From Ginkgo biloba (taxonomy: Eukaryota; Plantae; Ginkgophyta): 16,333 nucleotides of DNA. The stretch's first letter is position 1. Each line of letters begins with the position of its first letter. Shown here piece after piece: positions 11,018 to 16,333 of the stretch. The notes beneath the pieces were generated by a model that saw nothing but the letters and a program-made list of their open reading frames with translations, searched no databases and was not told the origin of the DNA. Made by a program: the position numbers and the translations under genes. Location: contig JANKJI020000002.1 in assembly GCA_024626585.2 (NCBI GenBank), forward strand, positions 4,894,434 to 4,910,766, written 5' to 3'.

Positions 11018-11153
11018 CTTTTCAATCCGTCTAATTGCTGAAGCAATGACTTCCCCATTTCGCAAAAGCTGAATTTTCTCTATCAGCCAGTCATCAAAAG
11101 CATCACCCATGCCCAGCTGCAACACTTGCTTCGCCACCCAAAATGCTTGACGC
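11018..11153 (-). CDS. Internal coding exon of a plant PXA-PX-Nexin_C sorting nexin gene (At1g15240-like), Nexin_C domain
   Basis: Translates as (R)RQAFWVAKQVLQLGMGDAFDDWLIEKIQLLRNGEVIASAIRRIEK, matching the conserved plant Nexin_C segment that follows GGWIR and precedes ILWPDG. Similarity starts and stops at canonical splice sites: acceptor ttaacAG|G (AG at 11155-11154, phase 2) and donor AAG|GTAGTC (GT at 11017-11016, phase 0). Length 136 = 1 + 45 codons, no stops. Confidence 0.93.
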
Positions 11154-12381
11154 CTGTTAAATAATGCATGATTGTTTTCAGAACCTTTCCAGTGTGTTTC
11201 TATAAATTGTATCCAAAACACATGTGGAATTGAAGTGAACATCTACATCATTGAAGAGTGTAGAAATACCATCTTTAACATTACAACCTCCAACTGAAAA
11301 TATTTAGTCAAAGTACATGTAAATTGAAAGTCCAATTTGTGAACTAATCCTTACTTATGGCCATGGAAATTGGTCACAATTTATACAAAGTCTTTTGCAC
11401 CTACATTCAGTGAAGGACTGTCCATACACTACGCAGCTTAATGCTTCGCAGATTTTCAATAACAATCCCATCAGCTGCCTATAGTTTTGCCCAAATCCAC
11501 ACGGCTGGAATATTGATTGCCAAGTGACTGAGATCTTAATTACATAGAAAAGCTCATCTGACATAATGTTTTAATCCAAAAAAAACGCCATTATCAATGA
11601 GAGGATGCTTGGCTAAGCCAAGGTCCAGGTGCATAATCATGATTGTTGAAAAAGTGTGCCTAATATAGTAAGTAACAAGCAAAAAGGAACAGAACCCATA
11701 ACCTAGAATTTTAGCTATAATTTGGGGAACAGTACAGAGTTAAAAGGCCACTTCATTTAGGTGGATCAGTGGATGTACAATCTATTTCAAATATAAGCAA
11801 TCAAAACCTCATAGCATTCGAACCCAAAACATGCTTCTCCCAGGTGACAAGGGTTCACAAGTGCAGGTTCAGATTCGGCATTTAAAAATTTGGGTTTTGT
11901 GTCTGACGGTGCAGTAATATGTTCTTTTTGGAGTTTGAAGTTTGAATATAAGTCTATAACAGTGATTTGAAGCCTGGACAAAGTATGAAAAGGCTCCAGA
12001 GTGAGAAAGAAAAGCAAAACGTCTGAAAGAAGAATGAAAGGTCTGAAATCAGTGCAAAACTTTTTTTTTCATATGCGTAAAAGGCATCTGTTTTTAGGGT
12101 TTATGATTGGGTGCAGGCTTCATCAACTTTTGCATATTCTTTGTTCCATTTCGTGGGTTCTTTTCTTATAACACGATTGGTTGCTGAGATTTAGATATCT
12201 ACTTTCGGTCCCAAGGTCAAAAATTGTGCTCAAAAAGTGCTCTTTATAAACCTAAAGATGACCAATGATGTATTGATCTTGTGGGATTCACACTATGACA
12301 TGCACACAAACAAGTAACCCTCCTGTTGCTTCATGGGATGAATTAAAAACATATTTTTCAAGCCAAATCTTATCCTTTATA

Positions 12382-12399
12382 TGTGTGTGTGTGTGTGTG
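12382..12399. repeat. (TG)9 microsatellite
   Basis: Read directly from the sequence. Confidence 0.95.
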
Positions 12400-12576
12400 A
12401 TGCGGCAAAGAAGTAGCATCATCTCAAATAAGTTAAAAGGAAGAAGTTTGCAATAGTATGCCACTATTTCCCCAAGTTACCTATTCAATGGGGTTTTCAA
12501 AATTCAGAAAAAGATTGGACCATAAATGCTTTGGAAGAATTTTTTCTTTCATCCAACAAGAGACTATGTTGACTAC

Positions 12577-13278
12577 TATACACATCTAAAATATACCATT
12601 CCCGTTAATCCTACTAGTATCATTTTATGCCTAATGAATTAATTTTATTAGTTTGTGCATAACCAAAAATTAAAATTAACCTAAAGTTAGTGCCTTTACT
12701 TAATCAAAAATTAAAATTAACCTAAAGTTAGTGCCTTTGCTTAATAAAAAATTAAGTTGGCATAAAGTTAGTTTAATCCAAAGCTAATCCTAACCTAAAG
12801 CCTAACCTAGAGTTAGTCTACAGTTAAGCTAAGCCTTGTTTAAGGTTAGTCTAAAGCAAAATTTCTAGTGTCTAATTTAAAAATAAAATTAAATAAATCA
12901 AAATTAAATAAAATCAAAAGGGGAAAGACAATGGTCTTAGGAAGGGAGAGAAAAAATGATTCATTTTCCTGATAGAAGGAAAACCATTCAAATTTTAGTG
13001 GAGGCCCATTGGGGGGTCTAAGAGATTAATCTATAATCCATCGAATCATCCATCTCGAGTTCATAGCATCTATCATCCATATTTATTCATAATCTACTAT
13101 CTGCTACTTGTATTCCTTAGCACTGAAATCACTGAGCCACCAATTCAACCATAGGAGCAAATCCATTTGAAGATTAAGTCTTCATTTATGATCGATCTAA
13201 AGTTTGCATAGGTTTTAGAATAGAAACTGAGATGTCTTTTTTTTGGTTTTGTTTATATTTCTAAATCTTATGCATACA
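12577..13278 (+). mobile_element. Probable 5' LTR (~700 bp) of an Ogre/Tat-like element; 3' boundary firm, 5' boundary tentative
   Basis: Ends ...TGCATACA (13278) two bases before a PBS. The proposed start TATACACA (12577) reconstructs to TGTACGCA...TGCGTACA inverted termini using only G>A changes. Contains tandem repeats and a TATA-like ctataa near 13031. Confidence 0.55.
12661..12742. repeat. 41-bp tandem repeat, 2 copies plus a degenerate third to ~12772, inside the LTR
   Basis: aaccaaaaattaaaattaacctaaagttagtgcctttactt (12661-12701) vs aatcaaaaattaaaattaacctaaagttagtgcctttgctt (12702-12742); 2 mismatches. Confidence 0.92.
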
Positions 13279-13280
13279 TT

Positions 13281-13297
13281 TGGCACGCTCAGTGGGA
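13281..13297 (+). promoter_or_regulatory. Primer-binding site complementary to the 3' end of plant tRNA-Arg(UCU)
   Basis: TGGCACGCTCAGTGGGA directly after ...TACA-tt. Close to the TGGCACGCCC(A/G)GTGGGAC PBS used by Ogre/Tat elements. Confidence 0.75.
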
Positions 13298-13857
13298 TAA
13301 TTACCTCGATGTCTTATTTTTTTTATATTTTTATATTTGATATTTAAAATATTTATCATTTCAATGATTTTCTATGAGTAAAATTCAATCACAGAAGTCC
13401 CTTACTCATCATTCAACGAAGATTGGCATGGAGTTTGCGTAGATCTTTCATTATTTAGGATTCTTTATTAGAACGTACATCGCAACCTTCAACCATCCCC
13501 TATTTTTTCGTGTTTCTTTTAAAACCTCTGCACAGATGCCTTTCTAGTCTTCAACAACTCACTAAAAATTTCATTAGAAACTACAGAGACCATAGTAGGC
13601 AGTCTAGGTATTTGAGGGACATAATTAACAGGTAATATTTTGGTATGGCATCATTATTTTATTTATTGGCATGATTGCTTACAAAAATCAACATTCATTA
13701 ACCTTTATATGAATTAATTTTTCTATTTTGACATATATAATTTTACATCCTCTAAAGNNNNNNNNNNNNNNNNNNNNNNNNNNNNNNNNNNNNNNNNNNN
13801 NNNNNNNNNNNNNNNNNNNNNNNNNNNNNNNNNNNNNNNNNNNNNNNNNNNNNNNNN

Positions 13858-14136
13858 CTTGATGAGATACAACAACGCTTGGTGGTTGAAAAGAATTCAC
13901 CAATAGGTAATGCTAAAATTTTTTAATGGCATAAACCATTCTAAGTCCTTCCCTCTCACTCACGATGTAGTTCTATTCTATTAAAGTGATCTTCCAACTT
14001 GTAAATGAATAGGATGATCATTACTATTTTCTCCTATATGGGAGAGAATGCAACCAATGGTGAATAGCATGGTGACCGTGTGAATAAAGAACATCTTGTT
14101 CTAGTCGAAAAATCTAAGGATAGGTGCATGGATGAC
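13858..14136 (-). pseudogene. Gypsy RNase H, degenerate
   Basis: APILRFFD*NKMFFIHT..IGCILSH..NDHPIH; after a frameshift NYIVSEREGLRMVYAIKKF*HYLL..NHQALLYL. Matches the consensus NYTTTEREGLAMVYAxxKFRHYLL..DHxALxYL. Confidence 0.88.
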
Positions 14137-14199
14137 TTTCTACTTCATCTCTTCAAATGCTTTATGTTATTTCTGAGTCCACCCCCATTCAAATTTTCA

Positions 14200-15002
14200 A
14201 TATTGCTTCTAATGGTTTGGAGATATATGCATTAACTTTACAAAACTTTTGATCGTAACCAATCAACCCTTAAAGTCCTTTTAGTTGCTTGGGATTCTTG
14301 GGAATGGGGTATCTTGCCTAGATCTATGAGGAGTCTTTCTTTGGTCACAATATATCCTAGTAGGTTTTCGATTGTTACCAACAATGGACACTTTTTTAGG
14401 GCCAAAGCATAGAATAGTCTTTTGGCATATCTCCAAACATTTCTTTGACATTGTCAAGATGAACTTGTAATACATTGTGCAACTTCTAGTCATCTAAGAA
14501 TCCCTCTACTCTTTTTCCAATGATATCCTTGAAAATAGCCAGCATGATGTGGAAGAAGATTCCTAGTGAATCAATTAGACTAAATGGCATGGCACAGTAA
14601 TCATACGTCCCCCATTCTATGGTAAATATGGTCTTCAACTGGTCCTCTAGGGCGACGTTTACTTGATTATAGCCACTAAGCCCTTCAATGAAGCAATAAA
14701 CTTCATTTCCTGTATTGTTTACCAATACATCTCTAGTACATGTTATAGGAAATACATCCTTCTTTGTGACTTCATTTAATTAGCACTAGTTGACATACAT
14801 ACGAATTTTGTCATTTTTCCTTTTAGCAGTTACATTTGGGCTCACCACCAATCTTTGCCTTTAGAATCATTCAAGGTCATTGTCAAACTGGTTTAGCACC
14901 TTCTCAACTATCAATGGTATAGGGTTGTCGTTGAACTAGTTTAGCACCTGCCAATAGCTCAATGTGATGTATATAGAGCTTCAAGGGTATACCCTTCAAA
15001 TC
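14200..15002 (-). pseudogene. Gypsy reverse transcriptase, degenerate
   Basis: DLKGIP..HHIELLAGAKLVQRQPY; KRKNDKIRMYVN..LNEVTKKDVFP; GNEVYCFIEGLSGYNQV..EDQLKTIFTIEWGTY..MPF..IFKDIIGKRVEGFLDD. FLDD at 14500-14489 is followed by TAG. The first catalytic Asp is replaced by Glu. Confidence 0.93.
14874..14949. repeat. Diverged duplication, 48-bp period, at the RT N-terminus
   Basis: aggtcattgtcaaactggtttagcacct (14874-14901) vs gggttgtcgttgaactagtttagcacct (14922-14949); 7 differences, all transitions. Confidence 0.8.
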
Positions 15003-15769
15003 CTTCTACAACCAATTGTACACGTCTATATATACTAAGAAAATTGTTATGGCTTATGTAATTATGGTAACATCCAAATAATCCCCCAAGATATGTGTTT
15101 CAAGTGTTGCCCATCCTAATATTAATAGTTTGTGTCTTGAGCTCTTGATGGTTGAATGTCATAACCTCAAAATTTAGGCAAAGTCTAACTATGTCGTCAA
15201 TCATTTGATCTTCGTAGTTTAATTGGGAGTACCCTTTTAGGTATGAGTTGTTCAATTTTCAACAATTTCCTCTTCTTTTGGAAGTTCTTAATAGTCTTTT
15301 TTAGGTTCTAGATGCTTAACATTCTCTACTATATCACTAGTGGAAGAGGAAGAGCATTAGTTGAGACAATTGACACAACCTTCTTCTTGCGATTGATAAT
15401 CGTTTTAATTCTTTAACAAACCATTCACAATTACCATCTCAGATTTATATGAATATTTGGAGATAAACTACTTTTCACACTAACACCAGCATAAGTTTCA
15501 ATACTTTTCATATTATATATACCATTAGAACTGATGGGAAAGTAACCATGTAGGAAATAGGTATATCCACAATTTACAGGACATGTTAGATTTCTTCCAT
15601 AGTTTCTTTGAGACCTTCATATGGTCTTCTAGTGTAAGTCTTGTGTAGTATGTAGGTAAATGAGCTCTAAGGAAGGGTACTCCATGCTTCATCCCTGACT
15701 TTTGTAATTGTCAAACCACATTAGCAGCTTAACTACACAAACATTTTGGTACTGTGAAAGTATAATGCC

Positions 15770-16035
15770 ACTAATCCTAAAAAGCCTTCATGTCGTATAA
15801 CCAGTCACATTCCAAGAACACGAGGTATGATTTTTACAAAGCAAATTCCTATAAAACCACCACACCAACAACTATAACTAGGATATTCTCAATTGTTCAT
15901 AGCCATTGACCTAGGATTAGTCTTCCATGGTGAAAGTGTAATCACTTGTAAGCATCTTTGGGCTATTAATGGCTTTCTACATGCTTTCCAAAAGCATATA
16001 CACAACAATCTCACCATCTACAATCATTTTAATCA
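15770..16035 (-). pseudogene. Gypsy aspartic protease, degenerate
   Basis: MIVDGEIVVYMLLESM*KAI (cf. IVDGGSGVNVLPESxWKAL; catalytic Asp codon 16018-16016) and downstream SYLVFLECDWLYDMKAF (cf. YxxLLGRxWL). Located upstream of RT as expected. Confidence 0.65.
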
Positions 16036-16333
16036 CTCCCAATAGCTACATAGAGATATGGGGATCATGATCCATTATGGGCTGTACTCATCAAGCTGGT
16101 AGGGTGACCAATGCTTGTGAGAAATTGAGGTATGTGATGGAAGTAAAAAAATTCCCACCACCGAAACACAATTGCTAGTAGCAAACTAACATTAAGTTTA
16201 ACAAATATCTAGCTTAATGGGTTAGATTGACTTGCTTTGAGCGATATTGTATTAATGACTTCTAGGATTAGAGTTAGTATATTATTATGCAATGTTGGCT
16301 CTGATGCAGGAGCATCCCCTTAGCTCTAAGAGG

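Larger units (their letters stand above)
1551..13857. other. Assembly gaps at 1551-1650, 2039-2075, 5089-5188, 10227-10270, 10824-10923 and 13758-13857
   Basis: N-runs. Four are exactly 100 N, the usual placeholder for a gap of unknown size, so distances and orientation across them are uncertain. Confidence 0.97.
11154..16333 (-). other. Probable long intron upstream of the sorting-nexin exon
   Basis: AG acceptor at 11155-11154. The expected preceding exon (ending ...GGWIR) was not found. Most of the interval is LTR-retrotransposon sequence. Confidence 0.55.
13858..16333 (-). mobile_element. Degenerate Ty3/Gypsy internal region (PR-RT-RNaseH), non-chromovirus Ogre/Tat/Athila-like; truncated by a gap and the window end
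   Basis: On the minus strand the order is protease (~16035-15770), RT (~15002-14200), RNase H (~14136-13858), which is the Gypsy order. Many stops and frameshifts. Confidence 0.92.

Noticed and set aside
11003-11242. 79-aa ORF as a complete gene
   Set aside because: Only 11018-11153 is homologous to sorting nexins. The rest is intron read-through beyond the AG and GT sites.
12780-12860. cctaa-rich tract as an interstitial telomeric repeat
   Set aside because: No tandem CCCTAAA units. It is degenerate internal repetition within the LTR.
16298-16309. gctctgatgcag as a minus-strand tRNA-Met PBS
   Set aside because: It lacks the essential TGG start and lies under 300 bp upstream of the protease, where gag coding sequence is expected.
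1-16333. A novel prokaryote-style system (RT-linked defence locus, retron, DGR or CRISPR)
   Set aside because: The RT lies in Gypsy PR-RT-RH order and is full of stops. The DNA has spliceosomal exon structure and no operon-like ORF density. No repeat has more than 2-3 copies or forms a repeat-spacer array.

Overview
This is AT-rich eukaryotic DNA from a draft plant assembly with six N-gaps, not a prokaryotic locus. The only convincing host coding sequence is one 136-bp internal exon on the minus strand (11018-11153) of a plant PXA-PX-Nexin_C sorting-nexin gene (Arabidopsis At1g15240-like). Its neighbouring exons are not visible, so it probably sits between very long introns. These contain decayed Ty3/Gypsy LTR-retrotransposon remnants: a plus-strand gag fragment (~2855-3090); a minus-strand block with gag plus CCHC knuckle (~8248-8915), integrase C-terminus plus chromodomain (~5790-6275) and a probable LTR (~5208-5734); a plus-strand LTR with a tRNA-Arg PBS (~12577-13297); and a minus-strand protease-RT-RNaseH region (13858-16333). 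TE-filled long introns and the element types suggest a large-genome seed plant, most likely a gymnosperm (inference). I found no well-supported novel biological system. The best leads are a gag-to-chromodomain element apparently lacking the pol core, an LTR apparently flanked by both a PPT and a PBS, and an unassigned decayed coding region at 1651-2400. Family assignments come from recalled motifs, not database searches.
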